Assembly (NCBI GenBank): GCA_951406725.2 | Contig: OX597822.1 | Span: forward strand, 104,718,001 to 104,782,000 | Length of the DNA stretch: 64,000 nucleotides | DNA from: Octopus vulgaris | Taxonomy: Eukaryota | Direction of reading: 5' to 3' | In this document: piece by piece, positions 41,552 through 54,939 of the stretch | Layout: the number at the start of each line of letters is the position of its first letter | Position numbering within the stretch: the stretch's first letter is position 1 | Position numbers and translations under genes: made by a program | Notes under the pieces: model-generated | The model's input: the letters and a program-made list of their open reading frames with translations, nothing else | What the model was told of the DNA's origin: nothing | The model's database searches: none

Positions 41552-41752
41552 TAGTTAATCCAAACAAGAAAGCACAAAAAAAAAATGCAACAACGCGAGG
41601 ACGTGGAACAAATATAGTATTATTGGATGCTCAGGAAAGAAGAGGGTTTAACGTTTTGAGCGGAGCTCTTCGTCGGAAACATAGGAGAAGGAAAGATCCA
41701 GAGAAGGGAAGACAGAGGAAAAAAATCGCCAACGGTACACACGAGGTCACAC
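41552..41752 (-). mobile_element. Probable Penelope-like terminal repeat fragment with hammerhead-like core
   Basis: Minus strand 41646-41680: GTTT-CCGACGA-A-GAGC-TCC-GCTC-AAAACGTT-AAAC. Confidence 0.5.
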
Positions 41753-42374
41753 ATATATGTGTGTGTGTGTGTAAATAAGTGATAAAATGCAGTTTATCTA
41801 ATTGGAATATATAACGTTGTCTCACTTTCATCTGAAGTTCAGAAAATGCTAAGATGGTATCTTTATATATTCGCTAAGCAAAGTGCAGGCTAAGTGCGTG
41901 CAATGAAAGGACAATGTTTTTTTAAAATAATTTTTACAAAACCATAATAAATAAGCAATAAATTCATAAAGGTGATGGATGTGTGTCTAAATAAGAAGTG
42001 ATTACTTATATTAAAGACCGGATGCTCACAACCAGATAAGGAAATGCTATTTTTAAGGCTAAACATGCCCATACGGCAGTGTTTTAAAAATTGAAGCACG
42101 AACATTGAAAAATATTTTGGAATTTTACTTCTGTAGTAATTTAAAGTTTAACAATACTTTGATCCGTTTTTGAAACCGGAAATGGGACCATTTTAGCTAT
42201 CTAGTAATACAGACAGAGTGGTGTGGCGAAATTTTTGTCACCTCAAGGAACAAATGTAAAATGAAAAGATATTGTTTATTTAGACGCATGTTTTACGATG
42301 TAATTACCAATTTTAAATTTGTATAATTAAAAGAATATTTTCATTACTCATAATCAATTTTGCTATTTTTACAG

Positions 42375-42454
42375 GTGTATCGCTTAAATCTTTTCGCTAA
42401 AACCCGAGGAATACAAACAGGACTTACCTCAAATATCAATACTTTCGAGAATTC
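42375..42454 (+). CDS. Candidate internal exon of an unidentified host gene (80 nt)
   Basis: TATTTTTACAG acceptor, GTGAGT donor; only one open frame, VYRLNLFAKTRGIQTGLTSNINTFEN(S); lies in non-repetitive sequence. Confidence 0.45.
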
Positions 42455-44195
42455 GTGAGTACATGCATTTATTTTGATACTTTCCACATCTTCATATTGG
42501 CAGACTTTTCAATAACAATGTGTTATAACGGAAACTAATATTCCCATTTCTTCGAAACTTGCTTTATTAAAATCAATACCTTGATAAGAGTAACGTAGTA
42601 TATGGAAGTGTTTTACAGATGTCATATATCCGAACTGACTCGGCGTTCTATAATATTTCATTCGTTGCTACGTTGTCAGTCGATCTCATTAATGCATCTC
42701 TTAACACTCCAAGACATTGTTATTTATCAACATACAAGTAAAACGCTAATTAACTCTGCGAAATAATTTCCCATTAGTACATGTTGCTTTTGTATATTTA
42801 TACTGTTTCTTTAATGTTCAATGTTAAGAGTATCATGTACGACTTTTAGCCAATGAAATAAATAAACGTTATTATTTTCTACTTCACGTTTAATACAAAC
42901 TTTAACCAAACATAAACTGTACCAAATATTTCAACACGTTATATCTTAGCGAGCAGAGGTCCAAGATGTGGTTCCAGTTCTCAGCTAAAACAATATTATT
43001 TGTGATCTTTTCATCTTATGTAAAAACATGAACATCACAAATTACTTTCCGCTCTGCTATTAGTATATTTTGAATTAATTTAAAAGCAACTAGCTATAGG
43101 TTTGATTCATGTACTATGTTTTATTTAACCCACGATGAATCGTAATTGAGCAGATTTGAACAAAGACATTCCAGCCATGGTCATCCTTGTCCAAGATATC
43201 ATTCCTTATTGTAGACTGTTTGTTTTGGTCTGTGGGGGAGGGGCTTTTTGCTGTTATTTCTGACGTAGTGAGCGACTGATTGTTGACTCTTTCGTTCGAT
43301 CGTTTGGTTTATGCAGAGCATAGCGAAAGACAATAATGATTTTGATTTGAAGACAACAAGGATATTCATTTGAATAAAATAATGATCTTGAGTTGAATCA
43401 TGGTTTTGAGTTTAAATGAATAACGATTTTGAGCCGAGCAATAATTGTTGAGTACACGTAAATGGTATGTTAGTTTGGTGAGGCCTATTCCCCACCAAAT
43501 TACACTTACAATAGAAGGTTAACTTCGTAGTAAAAAAAAACAACAGACATTTTAGAATTTACAGTACCTTAAAACATATAGTTTCCTGTAGTATACCATA
43601 TTACTGTATTTCTTTCTAAATTACGAATGAGAAGAATTTTAGAGTGGTTGGTTTTTAGCACTGTCAGCATTTGATTAACTGACTATGAACACACTAGTTT
43701 CCTTGTGTATTTTTATTGTATTTCTTGCTAGACCGCGAAATGATAGGATTTAGCTCTAAATCACTTGTGACTGAACACAGAGTGAGAATACTAATTTCCT
43801 AAAGTATCTTCTATTGTAGTACTGCTTGATTGATAGCGAAGGGGATTTTAGAGTTGCTGTATTTAGGATTGTATTCAGCTAACTGTGGGCACCCTAGTTC
43901 TCTGAGATATCCTCTCCTGGCGTAATTCTAAATCGATAACTAATCGTTTCAAGTTCTAAATCACATTTGACTGAGTAGGCTATGGGTTCATCTATTACCT
44001 CGTTTCTTCTCTACCAATAAAAGTTGTGCTACATTAAGGAAAGGAATCTTCAGAGTAGCTACTTTTAGATTTATTTCAGCTCTGAGTAGATTTATGATAG
44101 AAAATCTTGCCAGCTGCAACCATCCAGCATTTTTCGTATACAAAATCCTAGAGGGAGATTTGAGAAAGGTTTGACCATTATATCATATTCCTATA

Positions 44196-44607
44196 GTTCA
44201 AATTCCGCCGAGGTCGACTCTGCCTTTCATCCTTTCGGGGTCGATAAATTAAGTACTAGTTACGCACTGGAATCGATGTAATCGACTTAATCCGTTTGTT
44301 TGTCCTTGTTTGTCACCCCTGTGTTTAGCCCCTTGTGGGTAGTAAAGAAATATATATTATATTCCTAGAATATTTATTTCTTTACTACCCACAAGGGGCT
44401 AAACATAGAGGGGACAAACAAGGACAGTCAAAGGGATTAAGTCGATTACATCGATCCTAGTGCGTAACTGGTACTTAATTTATCGACCCCGAAAGGATGA
44501 AAGGCAAAGTCGACCTCGGCGGAATTTGAACCCAGAACACGTGACAGCAGACGAAATACGGCTACGCATTTCGCCCGACGTGCTAACGATTCTGCCAGCT
44601 CGCCGCC
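44196..44607. mobile_element. Tail-to-tail inverted SINE A pair (44196-44352 +, 44375-44607 -)
   Basis: 22-nt spacer; each copy has its own approximate TSD containing TATTCCT. Confidence 0.92.
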
Positions 44608-44970
44608 TTTTTTTATTCCTGGAATATTGATTGGCTACAAAGAAAATTCTTCATGCTGTCGTAAAATGAAGCTTAAAATCTAAAAAAAAACTTAGCTGTA
44701 AATATAAACGGCACACTAGTGACGACAAGATACGAACCCAGTATGCCTTGATCATCAGTCAACCACACTATCAACGTCCTTATGTTCTATTGATCAGCAA
44801 TGCTTTGCGAATTTCGCATAAATCTGTTTGTTATTTAGCAAGTAATTAGTTAAAACTTCAACCTTATCGAGTTAACAGAGCGTATTGTCTTTGATATATC
44901 ATTGCCGACATTTTAATGGAAACATTAAACTCGTGTTTAATGGTGTGCCATAGGATTTACAGGCAAAAAG

Positions 44971-45143
44971 ATTACTACTACTACTACCATGACTAATACT
45001 AGTACTGCTACTACTACTACTACCATCACTACTACTACTACTACCATCACTACTACTACTACTGCTACTACTACCATCACTACTACTACCACTGCTACTA
45101 CTACTACCACCACTACTACTACCACTGCTACTACTACTACCAT

Positions 45144-45212
<69 letters not shown>

Positions 45213-45383
45213 GACTTGTCTATTGATGATGAATGTCAAAAATTGATGACGGGGGTGGATGAAAATGACAACTGACTATGTCGATGACGGCGACTACGAC
45301 GACGGCGACGATGACGCACATGATGACGAAGACGAGTATATAGATAACGGTAGCTGTGATGATGATCACGGTGCTGATGATGG

Positions 45384-45416
<33 letters not shown>

Positions 45417-45456
45417 CGACGACGACGGCGACAACGACGACCACGACGACGACGGC
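44971..45456. repeat. (ACT/ACC)n then (GAT/GAC)n compound trinucleotide repeats
   Basis: Directly visible; generates poly-T, poly-V and poly-D pseudo-ORFs. Confidence 0.95.
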
Positions 45457-45730
45457 ATAGGTGAGGTATTCGTAATATTGAATGTAGCGTGATGGTATAT
45501 AGATATAAAGTGTAGTATAATGATATTTAGGAAAAAATATAATTAAATCTTCTTTCTCTGTTTCATTCCTAATCTCATTGGCCATTCAATATAAATATAT
45601 AATAAAATAAAGAAATACATTCGATACTTCTGATTTATAGCAACAGATAATTCCCACACAGTCGCATTGAATTCTCCTTCACTTCCATCAACTCAGTCTC
45701 TCATCTTCATAATACCGACAGTTATAATAA

Positions 45731-45785
<55 letters not shown>

Positions 45786-45809
45786 GACATAAAGCAAAAG
45801 TCAAACATA

Positions 45810-45852
<43 letters not shown>

Positions 45853-45871
45853 TATAATAATAATAATAATA

Positions 45872-46040
45872 GGCGCAGGAGTGGCTGTGTGGTAAGTAGC
45901 TTGTTTACCAACCACATGGTTCCGGGTTCAGTCCCACTGCGTGCCACCTTGGGCAAGTGTCTTCTACTATAGCCTCGGGCTGACCAAAGCCTTGTGAGTG
46001 GATTTGGTAGACGGAAACTGAAAGAAGCCCGTCGTGTATA

Positions 46041-46082
<42 letters not shown>

Positions 46083-46303
46083 TGTGTGTGTTTGTGTGTC
46101 TGTGTTTGTCCCCCTAGCATTGCTTGACAACCGATGCTGGTGTGTTCATGTCCCCGTTACTTAGCGGTTCGGCAAAACAGACCGATAGAATAAGTACTGC
46201 GCTTACATAAGAATAAGTCCCGGGGTCGAGTTTGCTCGATTAAAGGTGGTGCTCCAGCATGGCCGCAGTCAAATGACTGAAACAAGTAAAAGAGAGTAAA
46301 AGA

Positions 46304-46306
<3 letters not shown>
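45872..46306 (+). mobile_element. SINE group C inserted in (AAT)n
   Basis: Full-length consensus match with (AAT)n on both sides. Confidence 0.93.
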
Positions 46307-46349
<43 letters not shown>

Positions 46350-46351
46350 TC

Positions 46352-46510
46352 ATAATCCTTTCTACTAAAGGCACAAAACGTGAAATTTCGGAGGTGGGGA
46401 GAGAACTAGTCGATCACATCGACCCTAGTGTTTCAGTAGTTTCACTTAATTTATCGACCCCGAAAGGATGAAAGGCAAAGTTGACCTCGGTAGAATTTGA
46501 ACTCAGAGTA
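46352..46510 (-). mobile_element. 5'-truncated SINE group A (alternative tail)
   Basis: ATCGACCCCGAAAGGATGAAAGGCAAAG; tail TAATCCTTTCTACTAAAGGCACAA. Confidence 0.8.
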
Positions 46511-46603
46511 AGGACAGCTTTTTTCCTCGGCAAGTCCCAAATTTCGTGCCGTCGGCGATTAAACAGGCAAACCTACAGAGTTTGCTCCGTGAAGAGGGTG
46601 ATA

Positions 46604-46996
46604 TCTTTATATATAAAAGTGAAGTTGTGTGTCTGTCTCCTACGATTTAGATTCCTAACTACTCCCACATTTTGCGGTGCAGTTTAACCAAAACTGGGTA
46701 TCTTATAGTCGTGATTCATATCGAGCCCTTCTGGGTATTAGCGCGCGTCTACGATGAGTCTACGATTTTAAAAATAATTTACCATCATTTTTTTCCATTT
46801 TAATGCATTTTTTTCGCTATTATATAAGGGAAGTAACTCTCTAAAAATGTCTACGATGAGTCAACGAAAAAAAATTTACCATCATTTTTTTTCAATTTTT
46901 ATTGCATTTTTTGCTTTTTTTGGGCTATAACTCTCTAAAAATGCTTATATAGTTATTTCCCTTACAAACCCGAGCAACGCCGGGCGATACTGCTAG
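46604..46996 (+). mobile_element. Non-autonomous Helitron (second 5' subtype)
   Basis: A|TCTTTATATATAAAAG ... CCCGAGCAACGCCGGG...CTAG|T. Confidence 0.82.
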
Positions 46997-47509
46997 TTCG
47001 TGATATTTCGTCACCCTTCAGAATGAAATATAAGACCTGTGTAAGGACGGGTGAACACTGAAGAGGGAGTGAACGGTCATTCGAATAGCATTTCGTCATT
47101 AGTTGTACCGTTACAGCTAAGAACAGCAGCGATAACTTTAATAAATAAATTATACACACATATGTATATATATAAAGGGTGGCTTCTTAACGATTCTTAA
47201 ACCGAAAGGCAAAAATATATCCGCCACGAAAGCGACTGAGAGCGCTATTCAGCACCAGTATTGATAGAAATAAGAGTGAAAACAACTCATAGCCACAATT
47301 ATGCGTTGTCTTATTTCCAGATAAGGGAGTCAGGGTCCCTTAGCACCCGGCATAGATCACCAGTGATTTCGTGCTTGCATTAACACTCGAGAGTGGCTCT
47401 CAGCGGCGCCTCGAGGTAAACTCAACTCGCGTTGTAAATTTATAAGATCACCTTAGAAATCTTACGATGATATCATAAATGGTAAAGGTGTATATTATTA
47501 TTATTATTA

Positions 47510-47780
47510 TTATATGTTTGACTTTTGCTTTATATTTGTACAAGTTGGCTCCAAGTCTCACCCAGAGACCTCAAGAGACAACAGGTTGGAAGTTCACGTT
47601 GTTGTTATGCCTAGTGTGCCATATATTTGGTTGTTTTTTGTGTTGTATTAGAGGATGTCTAAAAAAAATGTTTGTTTTAAACCTTGAGATTACATAGAAA
47701 GTATTTTGCGTAGGATATGAGCAGTTCCAATGTGCACTATCTTTTGAATTTCTGCCATTTTGGGGTTTCCTGGTATCTGA

Positions 47781-47782
<2 letters not shown>
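47510..47782 (-). mobile_element. 3' end of an R4/Dong-like RLE LINE in (TAA)n
   Basis: C-terminus [22 protein letters not shown]; 3' UTR ends AAAGCAAAAGTCAAACATA followed by (TAA)n. Confidence 0.7.
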
Positions 47783-47870
<88 letters not shown>

Positions 47871-47890
47871 AATAATAATAATAATAATAA

Positions 47891-47930
<40 letters not shown>

Positions 47931-47961
47931 TTGTGTGTGTATATATATATATATATGCATT

Positions 47962-48004
<43 letters not shown>

Positions 48005-48009
48005 GCATG

Positions 48010-48900
48010 TATAAAAGGGGAAATAAATGTAGCCTTGGTGGAAAAGGAGTATAATACAATCAATGAAAGAACTTCGAAAACATATGTGGAAAGAAAGAAA
48101 CAATATGAAATCAAGAAGAAAAATATGAGGAACTAGAACATAGGATCAAAAAATTAGATTAAGTGTAATCCTTAAATTGCTGAAGCAAAGACTGCAGGCT
48201 AAAACGACAAAGGATAAGAGATATGATCAAAGAATTGAACAATATAAGATCAACAGAATCTTCCAGCTGGAACAGAAAAGGGTTTATCAGCAGCTGAGCG
48301 AAAAGTTTAATAGCAGAGAGAAACCTGATGCTGAAGAAAGTGGGAGGTTTTGGATTAACATCTTGGATAATGGAAAAATTTATAAGAAAGATGCTGAATG
48401 GTTTAAGGAATTAAGGGCGAAGAAAAATTAAGTGAAACACGCATTATTAGGATAACAACTGAAACGGTGACCGAGTAGACAACAAATGTTTCAAACTGGA
48501 AATGCTCAGGCCCGGATGGTTAGTTAGTTAGTTATTTAATTTTTTGGCTCAAAAAGCAAAAAGCAAGGCCATGTAGGGGGACATGGAGTTATGTACAGGG
48601 TGGTGTTTATGTAAAGGGTTCAGGCCACTTGAGGTCAAGGGAGACTTTGAACAAAGCGGTCGTCAGCATCTTCACCATCTCGCCTGGCAGCTTGTTCCAC
48701 GGATCCGCAACCCGGACGGAGAAAGCTCCTTCGATTGAGATGGTGTACAAGGGTAGTGGCTGAAAAAATTTCCAAGCATTACACGAAAGAATAATTACAA
48801 GAGTGGATAAAATGATCAGCACCAAGGTGAAATACCAGAAGTGAATGGCAAGAAGGAGAATGTCACTTTCTCAAAAGGACCCCAGGTGAAGGTATTGCCA
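48010..48900 (+). pseudogene. R4/Dong-like LINE ORF fragment upstream of the RT domain
   Basis: LKQRLQAKTTKDKRYDQRIEQYKINRIFQLEQKRVYQQL...PDAEESGRFW...NWKCSGPDG[insertion]VQG*WLK. Confidence 0.75.
48521..48738 (-). mobile_element. CR1-like LINE 3' fragment nested in the R4/Dong-like remnant
   Basis: AFSVRVADPWNKLPGEMV...FKVSLDLKW; (TAAC)n tail; 6-bp TSD GATGGT. Confidence 0.75.
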
Positions 48901-49426
48901 TAAATTCGAGGAATTTATGGAAAAACTGGAATTGACATGAGGGTAGAACATGCTCTGAAAACTACTTTATTGCGGGCAGAGAGAGGATTTTGAGATTGGT
49001 ATTAGGATGGTAAGTATCGTAGAAAGAGACCCTGTGAGAACCTGAACAACAGAATGGTGTCCGCTCTCACTGAATTAACCAGAGCAAGTGAGATCCATAA
49101 CTCTTAGAAATGAATTAATAATAATAATAATAATGTAATTCTAAATCATTTTAATCTGTGAACATTAAAAGTACTTTTAAATCTACATAATAACAAACAC
49201 CTTTTGCTGTCATCTTAGGATCACACTACCATCTTAACTTCAAATTACTTTTAGCACAAACTTTTAATTTGTTTATGTTTTGAGAGACATTCTTTAGAAC
49301 AATACTCTGTGCAAATCCAAAAATATGGTACCCTAGTCATAACACCGAACTGAACTGCTAACTTGTCACTTGAGGTTTCTAGGTGAGATTTAGAGTCAAC
49401 TTGTACAAATACAACACAAAAGCCAA

Positions 49427-49474
<48 letters not shown>

Positions 49475-49494
49475 TAATAATAGTAATAATAATA

Positions 49495-49700
49495 ATAATC
49501 CCTTGTACTATAGGTATGAAGCCTGGAATTTTGCAGGGGTGGGGCTAGTCGAGTGAATCAACTGGTATTTATTTAATAGAAACCGAAAGAATAATGGAAA
49601 TGTAGACTCCAGTGGAATTTGAACTCAGAACGCCAAGACGCACGTAATGCCGCTAAGCGCTTTTCCCGGCGCGGTAACTATTCTTCCAGCTCACCACCTT
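49495..49700 (-). mobile_element. Diverged SINE group A
   Basis: GGAATTTGAACTCAGAACG...CCAGCTCACCACCTT. Confidence 0.75.
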
Positions 49701-49789
49701 AAGAAAAGAAATAAATACATAAATAAATGAACAGCAAGAGCAACAACAGCAATGAAAATGATTTTAGCATTTATTTTCATGGGGAAAAC

Positions 49790-50740
49790 ACATTCATTTA
49801 CGAAAGAGAACAATATTTTCCCCATTGAACAAAAAGGTGCCATGATGCTCATGGATGCAATGATTATCTCTTATTTAATCGCACGATCCTTCAAAACTGT
49901 CAGAACTAGCCCATAATTCTTAGATCCGCGTGAATTGATTACAAAAAAGCTTTTGACAGCACACCGCATTCAAAGATCTTGAAATCGCCGGACAGCTTCA
50001 AAATTTGTCCTGTAATTTCAAAATTTGTGAAGCACAACATGTCATTGTAGAACACGAATCTCCAATTATATCATTCTAATGGAGTACTAGCTTCAAACAA
50101 CATTAGCATCAACTGTGGCATTTTTGAGGTTGATTCACTTTCACCTCTAATTTTTTGCATAGCTCTAAAATCCCTTACAAATAAACTTAACAGAACAGAG
50201 TATGGTTATAAAATTGGCAACAAGAAAACAAACAATGTATTTAATATGGTTGACTTAAAAATTTATGGCAAAACAATGATAAACTTGAAAGCGTATTGTG
50301 TACTCTGAAAGCATTCAGCTATGCCATTGAGATGGAGTTTGGTCGAGGACACAGAAAGGAAAATTGGGAACCCCAGATTTAGTCGTGGTAGATGTTGACG
50401 AACTTAAGCAGCAACAATCCTATAAATAATTACCTCGGATTAAATTAAGGATCAGGTATTTAGCATGCAAGCATGAAAGAGATTAGGAAGGAGTATAATA
50501 GGAGCGTTGAAGTCGTTCAGAGATCTGAGCTAAATGCGCATATTTTAGCCATAAATTCCTTAGCAGTTCCAGATCTTACTTATAACGTAAATGTTTTAAA
50601 CAGGAATGCCAGTGAAATAAAGAAAATAGAAAATTTCTTAAACTGATGACTTCCAATAAGATGTTATAGAAAAAGGTAGACGTGAATCATGAATATTTGA
50701 TCACTATGAATAAATCCTTTGTGCAGGTCCTTCTGCAAAA
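49790..50740 (+). pseudogene. Decayed reverse transcriptase of an R4/Dong-like LINE
   Basis: IDYKKAFDSTPHS, INCGIFEVDSLSPLIFCIAL, GYKIGNKKTNNVFNMVDLKIY (decayed YMDD); multiple stops. Confidence 0.85.
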
Positions 50741-50789
50741 GCTCATAAGTCGTTTTCGAAGGGAGAGGTCATTATTCTTGTTATTATTC

Positions 50790-51000
50790 TTAAGGCAGCT
50801 TGCAGGATGAATCGATACCACGCCTGGCAAAATGCTTCGAGGTATTTCAACCTGTTTAACGTTCTCATTTCAAATTGCTTTTCATTCTTTCTGGGTCGAG
50901 AAATTAAGTAACAACTGAGCACTTGGATCAATGTAATGGGCTAGTCACTCTCCCAAAAGTTTCAGGCCCTGTGCCTAATGTAGAAATGATTATTATTATT
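50790..51000 (+). mobile_element. Diverged SINE group A
   Basis: TTTTCATTCTTTCTGGGTCGAGAAATTAAGTA; tail CAGGCCCTGTGCCTAATGTAGAAA. Confidence 0.65.
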
Positions 51001-51199
51001 ATTTACTTTTAAACTGCAATTTTGTTAAAATCACTAACCAAAGTACACCCAATATCCTAGAGAGAGAGAGCGAAGGATAAGAGATGATTCAGTATGACTG
51101 AAAGCTTGGGCAGGGGCAGAAGTCAGAGGCAGACGTCAGGGGCAGTTGCGAAATATCTTCATATATTACAATACAAACATTTAAATTGATAGGGTTTTC

Positions 51200-51905
51200 T
51201 AAGGATGCGGTCAATCTAAGGATGTCGGCACAATCGTTTAGGCTACTCTGAGACATGGTTCTTTTGGGATACTATCTAGATGCTTCTTAGATCCATTTCT
51301 TATCATAAAAACGGAACCTACAATAACAAGAACAGTTCTCGCTTTAAGATGCCACATCTTTTGTATTTCAATTTCCAGGTCCTTATATTTACTTAATTTG
51401 TCAAATTCCTGTATAGATATATTTTTATCAATAGGCACACTTACATGTATTTGTCTACAAGTTATTTTCTTAGAAAATTTCTATTTGTAAATCTCACAAC
51501 GAGAGATATTCAGCAACAGTACTTTGGAGTAAACGTTGTTTTCCCACATAACACAGCAGTCCTAGTTTAGGACGAATGTTGCTGTAATTTAGCCCCAGTG
51601 GGGGTGCTAGATTCCCTTGTTCGAAAATATGACACAGATCGTGTCGTATAGCCAGATGGAGACGATGTCTCTTGGGGCTGAATTACAGCAACATTCGTTC
51701 TAAACCAGGACTGCCATGTTATGTTGGCAAACAATCTCTACTCCAAGTATTTTCCCTCACTCTTTAATGACTATGTCTGGTCGATTTGCCTGGATCGTTC
51801 TATCGATGTTGATTGAAAGATCCTAGAAGATAGTGAAATATTTACTTCAACGACCGGGTCAGGATGATATTCACACCAGTAAGCTGGAGTGTTGATTTTG
51901 TAGTG
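51200..51905 (-). pseudogene. RLE domain fragment of an R4/Dong-like LINE, interrupted by a MITE
   Basis: DLSINIDRTIQANRPDIVIKE ... PIDKNISIQEFDKLSKYKDLEIEIQKMWHLKARTVLVIVG. Confidence 0.8.
51520..51749. mobile_element. MITE-like element with ~78-bp TIRs and TA ends
   Basis: TACTTTGGAGTA...TTTAGCCCCA is inverted with TGGGGCTGAA...TACTCCAAGTA. Confidence 0.75.
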
Positions 51906-51924
51906 TATTATTATTATTATTATC

Positions 51925-51975
<51 letters not shown>

Positions 51976-51976
51976 G

Positions 51977-52150
51977 ATATGTTTGACTTTTGCTTTATAT
52001 TTGCACAAGCTGGCACCAAGTCTCACCCAGAGACCTCAAGAGACAACAGGTTGGAAGTTCTTTTGGTGTTATGCCTAGGGTGCCATATATTTGATTTTGT
52101 ACTTAGTGTTGTACTAGTGAATGTCTAAAAAAAACATACGAAAAGTATGT
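51977..52150 (-). mobile_element. R4/Dong-like LINE 3' UTR in (TAA)n
   Basis: Near match to 47510-47680 (CCAAGTCTCACCCAGAGACCTCAAGAGACAACAGGTTGGAAGTTC). Confidence 0.75.
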
Positions 52151-52242
52151 TTGTTTTATTATGTTTGTTATTATTATTATTATCATTATTACTTTATATT
52201 AATATTAATAATAATAGTAGTAATAATAATAATAATGATGAT

Positions 52243-52283
<41 letters not shown>

Positions 52284-52831
52284 TAATAATGATGATGATG
52301 ATGATGATGATGATACGAATGGTAATATTTAATTTGCATCATTTGCGAAGTAAACCAAAATCTGTTTTTCATAGACCACAAAGAATGCGTTTCGTACTGA
52401 ATGGCATCAATGCAAATATTCTACGCTAAAACTAAAAATGCTTCCAACTTCAACAATATTTAAAGATTCACATTGCTGTTTTCTCTAGAAAACGTGCCTT
52501 TTCTAAACTATTAGTAACATGCTAATGTCATTAAAGTAATCAAAATGCATCCAACTCATTCTATTAATTACAAATGAATTAACAGGTAGATTCCTTGTTT
52601 CTATTAATTCGTTGCATGTTGCAAATTCAATAGCTAAGTTAGTTTAAATTCTTTGTTTTTCGTTTCGTTATTTCCTGACGTAATAACCATTCTCTGTTTC
52701 TGTTACAATTCTTAAACCACTAGCGATATTTTAGTCGTGCAAATGGCTAATTATAATTTTTTATTACTTAGATGAAGGTAAACTACTATCAAAGTCATTT
52801 CAGATGTGACCAATTTATCCGTTGATTATCA

Positions 52832-52886
<55 letters not shown>

Positions 52887-53049
52887 CATCATCATCATCA
52901 TCATTATAATCAGCATTATCATCATTTCCTCCGGTAAAGTGTATATTGGGCTATGGCGTACGATGTGTTTTCTGCGTGATTTTGTTAAATGTGATGGATA
53001 AGTTTTATTTATACATGCATACATATATACATATATACATAAACACACA

Positions 53050-53089
<40 letters not shown>

Positions 53090-53232
53090 GCGTACACACA
53101 TGTATATACATTTGTATTACATTATGTATATTTAAGTATATTCATCTGTGCATATGTGTGTATGTGTGCGTGCACGCGCATATGTATGCATCTATATGTA
53201 CACTTTATAGAGCGTGTATACATCTGTATATG

Positions 53233-53264
<32 letters not shown>

Positions 53265-54745
53265 CTTCTACATACACATACATACATACATACACTTACA
53301 TATTTACATGCTTACGCACATGCATACGCACACACACCTACGCATATGCACACACAAACATAAGCTCATATTGTAATACTTTTTTCTTTTCCTACTATAT
53401 TAATCTTCAATTTCAATTGGATACGATGCATGTAAACGCTATCTCAAGAAAGTTTATATACAAGTACTCTCTATGTGTCGCCACATGTTGTGAATTTCCG
53501 TTTGGCTTTGTACTGGGTGAAGTATCAGCAAAGAAGTGTGTCTAGTAATAGGCTTATACGTCTACACCGATCAACAGCAGAATATTATGTACTTAATCGG
53601 GTTACAATTATTCGATTAAATTTAGCTGTGATACTTTTCTTAATATGGCTTCATTCGTAAATATTTTGAGACATATCCAGAAAATGTTTTAGGTGTTAAT
53701 AAATATAAATCTTCATTTTAACAAATAGCTTTTACAAATCTTAAATCCATTCGTGTCTGGTTTGACTTGGTTCAGTATATCCCGAAAGATGTTAAATTTT
53801 TTAATGTCATTATATTTCAATTGCCATATAACACTTCAAAGACTTATGACAACCTTCTCCTCGCTTCGGAACTGCAGTCGATATAGTGGCATCCGATGTT
53901 ATTGTCATTCTAATGTAGTATTTCGTAGTAATATCAATATTACTAATATCAATTGATATTATTACTAATATAGATTCAGCGAAATAACGATTTTCTATCA
54001 GAGTTCTGCGCGGATGTCATAACCCTTTCGTTTTGTATGTACACTGTATATTTTCAAACGTTGCGTTATTGTCACAAATATTTATTGCAATTCAATAACT
54101 TCCACTAGCTGTAGTTTAATACGATGTCAGTGGTACTAGACTAAAATCTATTTTGCTATATTTGTTGAAATATTTTTAGAGACAGGTGGATCAAAACTTG
54201 TAATGTTAAGGTTTGTTTTCTAATTAGGCGGCTTTGTAATAAAGTGAAAATCCTGATTGTATTAGTTATCCTTTAGGGTATAATCGAAAGCTGATTTGTC
54301 TGACAATATTTTACGAATAATTAATAATTATATATATGAAAATAACAAGGCGGAATTCTATTCAATGCAAATGAACATTTCATTCTGTATTATGTGCCGT
54401 CTGTATCTATTCATCATTCATTTACACTGTTGGATATAAAATTTCAGCACGTTCATATCTGTGGATATTTGGAGTCTAAAAGCAAAGCTGTAGTAAGTTC
54501 CGGCTAGATTTGTTCTAGAGTTGTCTAATGTTCTACCAGTAGAATGATGCAAGGAATCCATCCCTACACATCTATGTAAGCTTTATGTTTAATGTTTTAA
54601 ATTCATTAATTACAACAGCTAGTACTTTTCGCAATAATATCATATAATTCAGTGATATCAAACTACTTCATGCGGCATAAAAGTGACTACCCATGTGGTA
54701 TTTAAAAACTGCATACAATTATTTCCTTATCCTTCTCATTTATAG

Positions 54746-54785
54746 TACGACTTTGGAGCATTTCTCTAAGAATCTGAAAGCTCAG
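54746..54785 (+). CDS. Candidate internal exon (40 nt)
   Basis: TTCCTTATCCTTCTCATTTATAG acceptor, CAG|GTAAGT donor; single open frame TTLEHFSKNLKAQ, phase-compatible with 42375-42454. Confidence 0.45.
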
Positions 54786-54939
54786 GTAAGTCAATGTTTG
54801 TAGTAGGAAGAGAAAAATCCAATGATATCAAATTGGAAAAAAAGTTCTACAATAGCTGTTGCTGCTTACTGATCCAACTAAATGCGAAGTTACTATAATT
54901 AGGTTGTCGACATTTTGTAGTTTTCCTGATTTTGACATA

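Noticed and set aside
44937-45492. Mucin-like poly-Thr and acidic poly-Asp ORFs
   Set aside because: Pure trinucleotide repeats with no flanking domain or convincing splice sites
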